Shown in pieces: positions 33,130 through 48,326 of a stretch of 64,000 nucleotides of DNA (within the stretch, counting starts at the first letter, position 1; every line of letters starts with the position of its first letter). The translations under genes were made by a program, and so were the position numbers. This stretch comes from the human T2T-CHM13v2.0 reference genome, Homo sapiens, in NCBI RefSeq assembly GCF_009914755.1, contig NC_060935.1. The stretch is one strand, 5' to 3'. Below the pieces are notes generated by a model. The model made no database searches, had not been told where the DNA came from, and was given only the letters and a program-made list of their open reading frames with translations.

Positions 33130-34348
33130 AAAGCATAACAAAAAAATAAACAACCCAAAGAAAAAATGGACAAAAAACTTGAATAAACATTTTTCCAAAG
33201 AAGATATACAAATGGCCAATAAACACTTGAAAAGATAGATGCTTAACATCACTTGTCATTAGGAACTAATAATTACAATGAGATGCTGTTATAAAAAAAC
33301 AAACAGAAACAAGTGTTGGTGAGGATGGGAAGCAACTAGAGTCCTTGGGCACTACTGGAAGGAATGTAAAATGATGCAACTGCTGTGGAAAACAGTATGT
33401 GCTTCCTCAAAAAATTAAACACAGAATTACCATATATGATCCAGCAATTCCACTTCTGGATTAAAAGAAGGGAAAGCAGGGACTCAAGAGATATCTGTAC
33501 ACCCAGTTCATGGCAGCATTATTCACAACGTCCAAAAGGTGGAAGAAATTCAAGTGCCCACTGATGGATGAATTGATAAACAAAATGTGGTATATACATA
33601 CAATGGACAATTATTCAATAACTTATTATTATTAAAAGGAAGAAAATTCTGACATACACTACAACAGTGGTTCCCAACCTTTTGGCACCAGGAAACAGTT
33701 TCGTGGAAGACAATTTTTCTATAGGAGGTGGGCTGGGGGGATGGTTTTGGGATGAAACTGTTCCACCTCAGATCATCAAGCAGTAGATTCTCATGAGGAG
33801 TGTGCAACCTAGATCCCTTGCATAAGTGGTTCACAATAGGGTTTGTGCTCCCATGAGAATTTAACACCACCATTGATCTGACAGGAGGTGGAGCTTGGGC
33901 GGTAATGCTCACTGGAGTGGTAATGCTCACTCGTCCCTGCTCACCTCCTGCTGTGCAATCTGGTTCCTAACAGGTTACAGACTGGTACTACTCCTTGGCC
34001 TGGGGGTTGGGGACCCCTGTAACATGGATGAACTTTGAAGACACTATGCTATGTGAAATAAGCCTGTCACAAAAGTGCAAGCATTATGATTCCTCGGATA
34101 TGAATGATCAAATTCATAAGAGACAGATAGCAGAATGAGAGATGCCAGGGGCTGAGGGGAAGGAAAAATGCAGAGTTTAGTGTTTAAAACATACAGAGCT
34201 TTAACTGAGAAAGATCAAAAAAGTTCTGGAGATGGATGGTGGTGATGGGTGCATCACAACAATATGAATGTACTTAATGCCACAGAACTGTATGGTTAAA
34301 AATGGTTAAAATGGTAAATTTTATGTTATATTTTGCCACAATAAAAAA
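33130..34348 (+). mobile_element. L1MB 3' end interrupted by MER1 (hAT-Charlie) at ~33665-34020
   Basis: L1 motifs resume (ACAAC|...|AACATGGATGAAC) on either side of CAGTGGTTCCCAACCTTTTGGCACCAGG...GGTTGGGGACCCCTG. Confidence 0.8.
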
Positions 34349-34627
34349 GTTCATTAAATGTCTTCACATTCCTTAGTAAAAAATATTATGTTTTGATGAT
34401 CTGAACATTTTTTACTAAGATATTTTTAAATGTTCTACATAAAAGAGCAACATATTTAATATTTTTGGCCTCATTTTCTTTAAATTAAGGAAAAATCAAC
34501 CTCCTTTTATAAGAAGGCTCCCAATTCAAATTGAGATAGAAATTCAGAATTATATAGTTGGGAAGAGGAGTGGAAGAATATGGAAGAGATTACAAAACAA
34601 AGCAAAACAAAACACACAAAAAAAAAC

Positions 34628-34782
34628 CTTGTTTAGGTGTTTCTTCCTCTTTTTTAGTCTCCTCATCCTCTAAGCTGGGACTTTCCCGAGAAGAGTTGTC
34701 TTGTTGGCTAGAGTTTTTCAATAGTACAGGATCAATTTGTGCTTTCAGGAGTGCAAGAGTCTCAGCCAACTCGTTTCGATTT
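34628..34782 (-). CDS. RSF1: RSF1 coding exon (probably exon 5, 155 nt): RNRNELAETLALLKAQ...EEETPKQ
   Basis: Within ORF 34590..34790. Acceptor tgtttag|AAA, donor CAAG|gttttt, phase 2/1. Confidence 0.96.
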
Positions 34783-36326
34783 CTAAACAAGGAAAAAAAT
34801 AAGACAGCATAAAAACCTTTTTCCTGTTCTAGAGAACTTTCTGAATAATACCAATAGAAATTAAAATAAAAAAAGAAAAATACATTAAGAACATCAAAAA
34901 CACTGGTACAGCTAGCCCTAATTAACCCTGAATTTTAAAAGCACTAAGAAAAACACATTAAAATATACTGTTCTTCAGAGAAGAATATTAGATTTTCCTC
35001 TCTACTGATTGGAATGACAATGAATATCTCTTGGGTTGAAAAGAAAAGTAGGAACAAAATTACACAAAAATCAACGTTTGATAACTTTAAAAATAGTATG
35101 TAATCTCTAAGGAGATGAAATCAATGTAAAACTTGATTGCAAAAGTATTTTTTTGTTTTGTTCTTGATTCATTTGGAAATAATTCTTTTCTACCTTCAGA
35201 GATAATAGCATTTGACACTGCTACAAAATTAAGATCCAGAACTTTCTGATTACAGCAAAACATCAGTTCCAATAACACAATTTAAAAACATAAAAAATTT
35301 TGGTAGCTGATTTTATTTTGTTAATAATGGTTTATAACTGATTCCACAATACCAGAAAATTCCAAATAAATAAAAGTCTAACCTATAAATTCTACTTAAA
35401 AAAGAGACATGGTCTCACTTTGTCATCCAGGCTGGAATGCAGTGACCTGATCACGGCTCACGGTAACCTCAAATTCCCAGGCTCAAGACCCTCCTACCTC
35501 AGCCTCCCAAGTAGCTAGGACTACAGTTGTATATCCCTGTATCTGGCAAATAAAATCCTATATTTTTACTAGCAAAAACAAAGGTGTGGTATGGTTAATT
35601 TAAATGCCACTTACAACTGAGAAAACTCACTTGGATATTTTTCTTGCTCAGACAAGCAAGAAATGCTGTCAGACAGTGCATAATGCTGAAGATAAAAAGC
35701 AGGCCCTGGACTAAGAGTTGGGAAACTGAGTTCTAGATATGCCACTAGATTATTAATTAGCACCAAGATCCTCCCATCTGTGTTCTCAATGTGCGATGTA
35801 AATACCCCTGATTCAAAGTGAAAACTGTTAAGATGAAATGACTCGTTTTCTTATCTGTCATGTCACATATGGCTCCTACCCTCCTTTCCCTTTCCAATTC
35901 CATGCCAGCTAGATTCTACTGCTTTAGAGTAGGAACTCTGCATTCCAAAGAGCCCCTGGACAAGTTGTATATCCTCATTAGGCCTCAGCTTTCTTATTTA
36001 TAAAATAAAAGAACAGATTCTCTTGAGTATTACTAAATTGGTCTTCTAAATAAAGCAGTAAAATTGCCACTGATAAAAATCAGAAATTAAAATGACAATC
36101 AATTATACATGAGAATAAAACATACATGTTCATACATATCATATGAGCATATATAATAACCAGTCTAGAATTTTAATTATCTAATATCAAAAGGTAAGAC
36201 TAGATGTTTTCTCAAAGTCTTGTCTGGTCCTGCCTCCATTTTACAGGAAGGAAAATTAAGACTCAGAGACTTTATTTATTTTTGGCAAAGATCCAGTCCC
36301 CTAATTTCATTACAACCTGCTTCTAA

Positions 36327-36894
<568 letters not shown>

Positions 36895-37477
36895 TAGCAT
36901 TAAAATTTATTAAAGAACAACTCCCTAAAAGGCTTTTAATCTGTTTAATGTGTTTAAACACAAGCCTAAGGTAGTCGTTATTATATGAAAACAAAACTAC
37001 CCATCTTTGGGTTTTTCCTATTTTTGAACAATTTAAAAAATCCTAAATCTGAGTTAGTCAGAGGAAATTTTTATGAATTCCCTCAAATCACATCCAAATT
37101 TCTTAACACTATGTACAGAATATTTTAGACTATGGACCCTAACAACAATCCAGTTGTTTTGCTACCCCTCCCTCACTTGTTCTCTGTTCTCCAAACCATT
37201 TCTTCTTTCAGGTATGTTAAATCAGATATATCCCTCCAAAATACCAGGCTTTCTTAGGATATCGGGTGACTGACTGCACTTCTGCTCTCTTAGCCTGGAA
37301 TGTGTTCCCCATGGCTAATTCCAATTACTCTCTCAAAGACAAGTATAGAATGAATAAACAAAATCTAGTATATCTACATATGGAAATACTACTCAGCCAT
37401 AAAAAGGAATAAAGTTCTGATTTATATTACACGGATAAACTTTGTAAAGATTACTCTACTTGAAAGTGGCCACAAAT

Positions 37478-37584
37478 GGCTGGGCGTGGTGGCTCACACC
37501 TGTAATCCCAGCACTTTGGAGGGCGAGGCAGGCAGATCACCTGAGGTCGGGAGATGGAGACCAGCCTGACCAACATGGAGAAAC
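37478..37584 (+). mobile_element. Alu left-arm fragment within an L1M remnant
   Basis: GGCTGGGCGTGG...CATGGAGAAAC, then an abrupt switch to a purine repeat. Confidence 0.85.
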
Positions 37585-37748
37585 AGGAAAGGAAAGGAAA
37601 GGAAAGGGGAAAGGAAAGGGGAAAGGGAAGAGGAAAGGGAAGGGGAAAAGGAAGAGGAAAGGGAAGGGAAGGAAAAAGGGAAGGGAAGGGAAGGGAGAAG
37701 GGAGACGGGAGAAGGGAAGGGAAGGAAAGGAAAGGGAAAGAAAGAGGC
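37585..37748. repeat. Polypurine (GGAAA/GGGAA)n tract, ~165 bp
   Basis: Direct reading; nearly all A/G on the + strand. Confidence 0.95.
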
Positions 37749-38977
37749 CACACACAGAAAGTCACTTATTATATAATTCTATGTATACAAAATGTTGAGA
37801 ATAGACAAATTATAGACACAGAAAGATTGGTGGTTGTTAAGGGCTAGGAAAAGGGAGAATGAAGAATAACTGCTAATGGGTACAGGGTTTTCTTTTTAGG
37901 GTGAGAAAAATATCCCGGTGTTAGATAGTGGTACCAGATGCATAACTTGTAAAAAAAAAAAACTGCTCAATTATATATATTTTACAAAAAAGAGATGGTG
38001 GCTTGGACAAGAATGCAGCTATGAAGGAGAAGTGATCAAATTCTAGATACAATCATGCATGAAGAGCTGATTGGATTTGCTGTTAGGGTAGATGTGGAGT
38101 GAGAGAAAAAGCAGTTACGGATGTGCTCCAAGGTTTTGGGCCTTAGGGTTTACACTTGGTATAAAAGCACTCTCTGTAGTCCCACTCTGTTCCTGAAGAA
38201 GCACCTGATGGAATCTGGTATAAGGTCTCTATTTGCTAAATTTCTCACATCATTAATAACCAAACACTAACACTTGGTTATTATATTTACATCTCTGCTT
38301 ATCTTTTTCATTCCTAAAGAAATTCTATTGACACATTCCATAGGGTTGAGCCAAGGAAAGGATGTAGCTGCTATTAACAGAGATGGGACGTTCAGATTAG
38401 GGTAGAAAGGTTCAAAGTTTAGTTTTGGGCAGACTGGTTACTGACTTTGACTTAACCAGATTCTAAACTGTTATATTTTCCTATATGTACCTTAAGTTAA
38501 TCTAGACTTCAATGAAATGGAACACGTCATCCTAACCATTATTATTGTGAAATATGATTTCTCCCAGCCTAGGAGTTGTTCAGAGTTTGAATTAGTGGTA
38601 GGTGCTAAACATTTCAGAAGCAATGAAGAAAAAAAAAATAACAAAAATAAACAGACGCCCCTGAACCCCAACCCCACAAAAAAAAAAAAGTCAAGTATAG
38701 GCATTATCTTCTGCCAAGTATGAGCCAAGTATCTGGTTCTTCCACAGCACCCTTGATAATCTCCATCACAGACTTTGTGACTCTGTATTATGTAATATCT
38801 CCCTGTACCTTTCTCCCATAACAAAAACTCCTTAACAAATGGGACCAGGTCTTCACATCTACAGAGCATAAAACAGTATAAATATAACAAGCCTTTTGTA
38901 AATATTTTAAATATATGATTCCAGAGTTGAGAAACAATATTCCAACTTTTTGGTATAAATGCCAAATTATTCAGTAG

Positions 38978-38979
<2 letters not shown>

Positions 38980-39017
<38 letters not shown>
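38980..39017. repeat. Orphan A38 homopolymer
   Basis: Direct reading; no SINE body upstream. Confidence 0.9.
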
Positions 39018-39020
<3 letters not shown>

Positions 39021-39684
39021 TGGAGGCCAAGAAAACTGAAGAGGCATTAATTAGTAATATCAATAGCAGTACTATTAATCTAAGATGTTAACATTAGTGA
39101 ATGAGCACTATGTTCCAAGCATTAATTATTCCAAGAGTTTTATATTAATTAGTTCATATAATTCCAATATAACCCAATTAAGTAGGTATTAAATTATTCC
39201 CATTTTATGACTGAGGAAACTGAGGACACATAGAGAGGTATGGTAATTTGCCTAAGGTAAGTTAGTACAATTTAGCAAGACTGAATTTTGAAGTCTGACT
39301 TTAGAGCCCTTCTTAATCACTGTGCTATATTAGCAGGTTTTAGATATATATATATGGTTTAGAAATGCATTCATACAGTTTGTAATTATGGGTACATGAA
39401 AACTGTATATACTATTTCAAATTCAACTTTCTGAAAATGACTGTCAAACCATTATCAATTTTGAAAATATTTTTAACGAGGTATAATTCACATACTGTAA
39501 AATAAACATATTTTAAGCACTCAGTTCATCAGTTCTGACAAATGCATACATTGTGTAATCTACACCATAATCAACATAAGGAATATCACTATTCCCACAA
39601 AAATTCCCTCCTGTCCTTTCCTACTCAATTCCTTTTCCCCACCAAAGCAAGAAGAATCACAGTTTTTATTATGATAACCATAGA

Positions 39685-41951
39685 TGATACAGTTTGGCTG
39701 TGTCTCCACCCAAATCTCATCTTGAATTGTAACTCCCACAATTCCCACGTGTTGTGGGAGGAACCCAGTGGGAGGTGATTGAATTATGGGATGTGTCTTT
39801 CCTGTTCTGTTCTCGTGATAGTGAATGAGTCTCACGAGATCTGATGGTTTTGAAAACAGGAGTTTCCTGCACAAGCTTTCTTTTCCTGCCGCCATTGATG
39901 TAAGACATGACTTGCTCCTCCTTGCCTTCTGCCATGATTTTGATGCCTCCCCAGCCATGTGGAACTGTGAGTCCAATTAACCTCTTTCTTTTGTAAATTG
40001 CCAAGTCTTGTCTTTATCAGCAGCATGAAAACGGACTAATATAGTAAATTGGTATCAGGAGTGGGGCGTTGCTGAAAAGGTACCTGAAAATGTGGAAGTG
40101 GCTTAAAAAATGGGTAAAAGGCAGAGGTTGGAAGAGTTTGGAGGGCTCAGAAGAAGATATGAAAATGTGGGAAAGTTTGGAACTTCCTAGAGACTTGTTG
40201 AATGGTTTTGACAAAAATGCTGACAGCAATATGAACAATAAGGCCCAGGCTGAGGTAGTCTCAGAATGAGATGAGGAACTTGTTCCCCAACAGGAGTAAG
40301 GGTGAGTTTTGTTACGTTTTAGCAGAGACTGGTGGCCTTTTCCCCTGCCCTAGAGATTTGTGGAACTTTGAACATGAAGGAGATGATTTAGGGTATGTGG
40401 AGGAAGAAATTTCTAAGCAGCAAAGCATTCAAGAGGTGACCTGAGTGCTGTTAAAGTCATTCAGTTTTATAAGGGAAGCAGAGTATAAAAGTTTAGAAAA
40501 TTTGCAGCCTGGCAATGTGACAGAAAAGAAAATCCCATTTTCTGAGGAGAAATTCAAGCTGGCTTCAGAAATTTGCATAAGAAACAAGAAGCCAAATGTT
40601 ATCCCTGAGACAATGGGGAAAATGTCTCCAGGCATGTCAGAGGTCTTCACGGCAGCCCCTCCTATCACAGGCCTGGAGGCCTAGGAGGAAAACATGGTTT
40701 CATGGATCAGGCCCAGGGTCCATGTGCTGTGTGCAGCCTAGGGACTTGGTGCCCTGCATCTCAGCCACTCCAGTCATGGCTGAAAGCTGCCAATGCAGAG
40801 CTCAGGCTGTGGCTTCAGAGGGTGCAAGTCCCAAGCTTTGGCAGCTTCCATGTGGTGCTGAACCTGTGAATGCACAGAAGAACTGGAGTTTGGGAACCTC
40901 TGCCTAGATTTCAGAAGATGTATGGAAACACCTGGATGCCCAGGCAGAAGTTTCCTGCAGGGGTTGGGGGCCCTCATGGAGAACCTCTGCTAGGGCAGTG
41001 TGGAAGGGAAATGTGGGATCAGAGCCACACAGAGTCCCTACTGGGGCACCACCTAGTGGAGCTGTGAGAAGAGGACCACTGTCCTCTAGACCCCAGAATG
41101 GTAGATCCACTGATAGCTTGCACCGTGTGCTTGGAAAAGCCGCAGATACTCAAGGCCAGCCCATGAAAACAGCCAGGAGGGAGGCTGTACAGGGGCGCAG
41201 CTGCCCAAGACCATGGGAACCCACCACTTGCATCAGCATGACCCAGATGTGAGACAGTCAAAAGAGATGATTTTGGGGCTTTAAGATATGACTGCCCTGC
41301 TGGATTTCGGACTTGCATGGGGCCTACAGCCCCTTTGTTTTGGCCAACTTATCTCATTTGGAATGGCTGTGTTTACCCAATGCCTGTACCCCCATTGTAT
41401 CTAGGAAGCAATTAACTTGCTTTTGATTTTACAGTCTCACAGGAAGAAGGGACTTGCCTTGTCTCAGATGAGATGTTGGACTGTGGACTTTTGAGTTAAT
41501 GCTGAAATGAGTCAATACTTTGGGGGACTGTTGGGAAGGCATGATTGGTTTTGAACTATGAGGACATGAGATTTAGGAGGGGCCGGGGCAGAAAAATATG
41601 GTTTGGCTCTGTCCCCACCCAATTCTCATCTTAAATTGTAACTGCCACAATTCCCATCTGCTGTGGGAGGAATCCGGTGGAAGGCGATTGAATTAAGGGT
41701 GCAGGTTCATTTCCTGTGAGTGAATGAGTCTCACGAGATCTGATGGTTTTAAAAACAGGAGTTCCCTGCACAAGCTCCTTCTTTGCCTGCCGCCATCAAT
41801 GAAAGGCATGACTTGCTCCTTCTTGCCTTCTGCCATAATTCTGAGGCCTGCCCAGCCACATGGAACTGTAAGTCCAATTAAACCTCTTTCTTTTGCAAAT
41901 TGCCCAGTCTTGGGTATGTCTTTATCAGCAGCATGAAAACGGACTAATACA
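39685..41951 (+). mobile_element. Full-length THE1 (ERVL-MaLR) element: 5'LTR 39685-40043, internal region, 3'LTR ~41594-41951
   Basis: Two THE1 LTRs in direct orientation; THE1-int begins GTAAATTGGTA; perfect 5-bp TSD ATAGA at 39680-39684 and 41952-41956. Confidence 0.95.
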
Positions 41952-42651
41952 ATAGATTTTTAATTTTATTAATTCTAGAACTTATCACAAATGGAATCAA
42001 ACAGTATGTGCTTCTTTCACATACAAGGAATTTTGAGACAAATCCATATAGTTTCATAGGTCATCCCTTTTTATTGCTTAGTAATAATTCATTGTATGAG
42101 TAATGTTAAGAATAAAGATGCTATGAACATTCTTATACAAGGCTTTTTGTAAACATGTTTTCATTTCTCTAATATAAATACCCAGAAATGAAATTTATAG
42201 GTTATGGGATAATAGTTTGTTAACATTTGAAGAAACTGCAAAACTTTCCCAAAGTGGTTGTATCATTTTACATATACAAGAAGGTGTTTCAGTTGGTTCA
42301 TATCCTTGTTAACATTTGGTGCTGTAAGCCATTTTCGTTTTACTAATTCTAATGGAAGTAAGGTAATACCTCATTGTGGTTTTAATTGGAAATTCTACAA
42401 TGAATAATGATGCTAAGCACTTTTTCATATGAATACTGGCTATATATATATATATTCTTTATGAAGTAACTGCTTAATAGTCTGCATATAACTTTATCTT
42501 CCTTAGTATACTTGGTACAAAAGTACTTTCTGTAGTCCCACTAAGATCCTGAAGAAGCTTGTGATGGAATCTGGTCTATGGTCTTTATTTGCTAAAATTC
42601 TCTAATCATTAATAACCAAACACTACCACCTTGTTATGTTTACATCTTTGA

Positions 42652-42953
42652 TTTTTTTTTTTTTTTTTTGAGACACAGGGTCTCACTCTGTTGCCCAGGC
42701 TAGAGTGCAGTGGTACAATCACAGTTCACTGCAGCCTCAAGCTCCTGTGCTCAAGCAATCCTCCCACCTCAGCCTCTCAAGTCACTGAGACTACAGGCAA
42801 GTGCCACCACACCTTGCTGATTTTTGTATTTGTTGTAGAGACAGGGTTTCATCAAGTTGCCTAGGCAGGTCTCCAACTGCTGGGTTCAAGCAAACTGCTC
42901 ACCTGGGCCTCCCAAAGTGCTGAGGTTATAGGTGTGAGCCATCATGCTGAGCC
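42652..42953 (-). mobile_element. AluJ-like element inserted in a locally duplicated segment
   Basis: Alu consensus; flanked by CATCTTT. Confidence 0.88.
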
Positions 42954-43386
42954 CATCTTTTTCATTCCTAAACAAATTCTATTGACATACCCCATGGAGT
43001 GAATAAAATCACTTATTACATCATATTTGATTAGATGTAAAATTTTTTTTTCTGTACTTTTATCTTCTTTCATTGAGGCCTAAAGATGAAATAATGCTTT
43101 TGTGGCAATTCTGTTTTAAACATTAACTGGAATAAGTAGGACACTGGCTGGAGCTTAAACATTTTTGCTATTGAAACCTGTTATAATACTTGATTGAGCC
43201 ATATGAAATCACCATTTTTATAGGTCAAAATGTTCAAATGTTAACAATTTCATATGGTTTAATGAAACTTAACTACTTCTATTGTTTTGTAAATCACATA
43301 CTAAATCTTGTTTCAACTTAAAGTATAATTATATATAAGTTAATTGCTTCCTATCTATTCATCTAATACATATATTTATATTATTA

Positions 43387-44325
<939 letters not shown>

Positions 44326-44827
44326 TATATTTATATTATTAATTTTGCAACTTGCAGAAATGGAAGTTGCTACGTAACAGTACAAGTTTTAAGACTGTGG
44401 TGATGTCATGGTATGAAATTTTCAGTAGATCAACTATGTAAAATTATCCCTTTTTGGTGGATTCTCATTTTTTAAAAATTCCATTTGATGTTTAATTTGC
44501 AAAGTTCAGTTATATTTCTAAATTTATCAATCATTAAGAAGGCTGACTTATTAGCTTTAGAAAACGGAACCCTAAAGACTAGATAACTTTTGTTATATAA
44601 TCCTCTTTTAAGAATTAGGTAGAAACACGTTTCCAACACCAGCCGATCACCAAGAAAATAATACTGTTACTTTAAAGAAATTGTTTTAAGAAAAAACAAG
44701 AAGCTTTTAATTTACTAGTAAAAAATAATACTTACTAGCTAAGAAAAGCACCTAAATGCAACCTATTAAATGAAAAAGTCAAAGTCAAAATCTCATTTGC
44801 TTTACTTGTTCTTCCCTTATCACTTAA

Positions 44828-45128
<301 letters not shown>

Positions 45129-46256
45129 ATCACTTGATTTTCTAAAGAAATCTCTTGCTAAAAAGATTACTGCCTCTTACAAAACTCCACTTCACATAAA
45201 CTTGCACGTTTAATTGAAAAATGTGTGACAACATCTATCAGTCTTAAGACAATCACTCCCCTGCAATGTAAAAGGAAAAACAAACGTTCTTGCTCCTGTC
45301 AAATTCAGTTCTGCTTCCCCATAATTTGAATCCAGTGATCCTGGCTCAGCCTTTGAGATATTCTTCTACAAATCAATCCTTTAAATGTTTGAAGACATTT
45401 ATGTCTGAGTAAATTTCTGCTAGATAAAGCATTTTCAGTATTCAATCATCTTCTTTGTGGTTGTTCCCATAATGGACTTTACTATATTAATGTTTCTTTC
45501 AGAGTCTGCCATTCAAACAGAAATACCATGCTCCAGGTATGATCTCATCCAAGTCAAATGAGATGATGCCCCACATTATTTTAGGCACTAAATATATATT
45601 AGTGACAACTAAGATCTTATCTTTATGAGGAGGCAAAAATTATTACAATGTTTTCTACATTCAACCTTTGCAACAATGAGAGACCTATGTGGACAAGACA
45701 GTTTACTATATTTGTCAGTAAGAGTTCCACTGTGTTGGGTTAAAGCTAATTGGAATGTCATGTCATAGAACATCTCACTTATAATATGCATAAACACACC
45801 CAACTGAAAATTTGACATAAATTACCATCCGTCCCCAGAAAATACGCATATAATATTCACCTAAAATCTATTCTTTACAAGTTGAGGCCTTTCACAGGTG
45901 CCTGCAGCCCCTCTTAGAGATCTTAGAGCCATACTATTCACTATTACATCACCAATTGTTTAGCATAGTACCTATTACACAAGGATGTATGTAATAGAAT
46001 TTATAAATTTAATGAAATAAAGGAATGTTAGTATGACAATCAGCTGTTTAAAAATTGAATTTCATTACACAAAATCAGAGAGTCAATAAACCAAATGATT
46101 TCTGAATGCTCCCAAATATTTCTGCGTTATTTGGGCAATGTTCCCTGGCTCATTGTAAATAGAAACATATGTATTCACAGATGTCATCAAAATGGCTAAA
46201 AATAACCTGGCACCATTTTCTAAAGAAATTTGTGGTTGTGAAAATGAGAAAACTAT

Positions 46257-46614
<358 letters not shown>

Positions 46615-46709
46615 CTACACAAGCATTTCCTTCTGAACAATTGCCACATACACCATTTTGTTTATCAAAAACAAATTTTAACAAATGGAAAGAAGTTTTA
46701 TGTGTTTTG

Positions 46710-46711
<2 letters not shown>

Positions 46712-46755
<44 letters not shown>
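46712..46755. repeat. (GT)22 microsatellite
   Basis: Direct reading. Confidence 0.97.
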
Positions 46756-46757
<2 letters not shown>

Positions 46758-46935
46758 AAAAAGAGCAGAAGCCCAAGGAACAAAACATGGAGAAATGGTC
46801 AAGCATGAGAAGAGGTGAAAGCAGAAAGCAACACCAGGGGAATTTTCTGACCTTTCTGCTGATAAATATTTCTTTAGTGAATAAACTAAATTTCAGTCTT
46901 TGGAGTTAGAAAGGTTGTAAGAAAAGCGAATAGCT

Positions 46936-47300
<365 letters not shown>

Positions 47301-47404
47301 TCAGTACCATTTCTCATATATTCCTCACAACAACTTTTTGAGGAAGTATTATCACTTTCATTTTAAAGTACAGGAATGTAACTCTCAGAAAAATTAAGTA
47401 CATT

Positions 47405-47655
47405 AGCCCCCCCATATCCACAGATCAAAATATTTAGAAAAAAATGAACTAAAGTTAATACAATAAAAATACAAATTAAAACTACAGTATAACAATTCTA
47501 TACCTAGCATTTACAATGCATTAAGTATTATAAGTATATGGGAGGACGTGCATAGGTTATACACAAATATTATGTAAAGGGCTTAAGCATTTACACATTT
47601 TGTTATCCATGAGGGTCTGGAACCAGTGCCCCATGGATACCAAGGGACAAAAGTA
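47405..47655. mobile_element. Tigger/MER2-like DNA transposon remnant
   Basis: CATAGGTTATA..CAAATA..., GGAACCAGTGCCCCATGGATACCAAGGGAC. Confidence 0.65.
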
Positions 47656-47769
47656 ATGTGTCTACAGATGGTAAGTGGATGAACCCAGATTCAAACATAA
47701 CTGTTAACTCTAAAATTTCACATCATGCATTAAGGTATAATCTATTTAAAACAGTATACATTAGACATT

Positions 47770-48326
47770 TTTTTTTCTTTTTTTTGGAGACGGAGCCTCG
47801 CTGTGTTGCCCAGGCTGGAGAACAGTGGCGTGATCTTGGCTCACTGCAACCTCCACCTGCTGGTTCAAGCGATTCTCCAGCCACAGCCTCCCGAGTAGCT
47901 GGGATTACAGGTGTGTGCCACCAAACCCAGCTAATTTTTTTTTTTTATTTTAGTAGAGATGGGGTTTCACCATGTTGGCCAGGATGGTCTTGATCTCCTG
48001 ACCGCATAATCTGCCCACCTCAGCCCCCAAAGTGCTGGGATTACAGGCGTGACCCACCGTGCCCAGCCTTCCAGTTCTTTTTATCTTGAACTCCTCTCAT
48101 AAATTACACCTCTGCCTCCCGGGTTCAAGCAATTCTCCTGCCTCAGCCTCCCGAGTAGCTGGGAGTACAGGCATGCACCACCATGCCCGGCTAATGTTTT
48201 GTATTTTTAGTAGAGATGGGGTTTCACCATGCTAGCCAGGCTGGTCTCAAACTCCTGACCTCGTGATCCTCCCGCCTCGGCTTCCCAAAGTGCTGAGATT
48301 ACAGGTGTGAACCACCGCACCCAGCC
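47770..48326 (-). mobile_element. Composite element: full Alu (47770-48068), 39-bp spacer, 3'-truncated Alu (48108-48326)
   Basis: A single TSD CATTAGACATT brackets the whole unit. Confidence 0.85.

Noticed and set aside
37451-37847. Overlapping KGKGKG / FPFPFP ORFs
   Set aside because: Artefacts of the purine/pyrimidine microsatellite.
38492-38965. 157-aa minus-strand ORF downstream of the U38 tract
   Set aside because: No recognisable domain, composition typical of AT-rich intron, and no convincing splice context.
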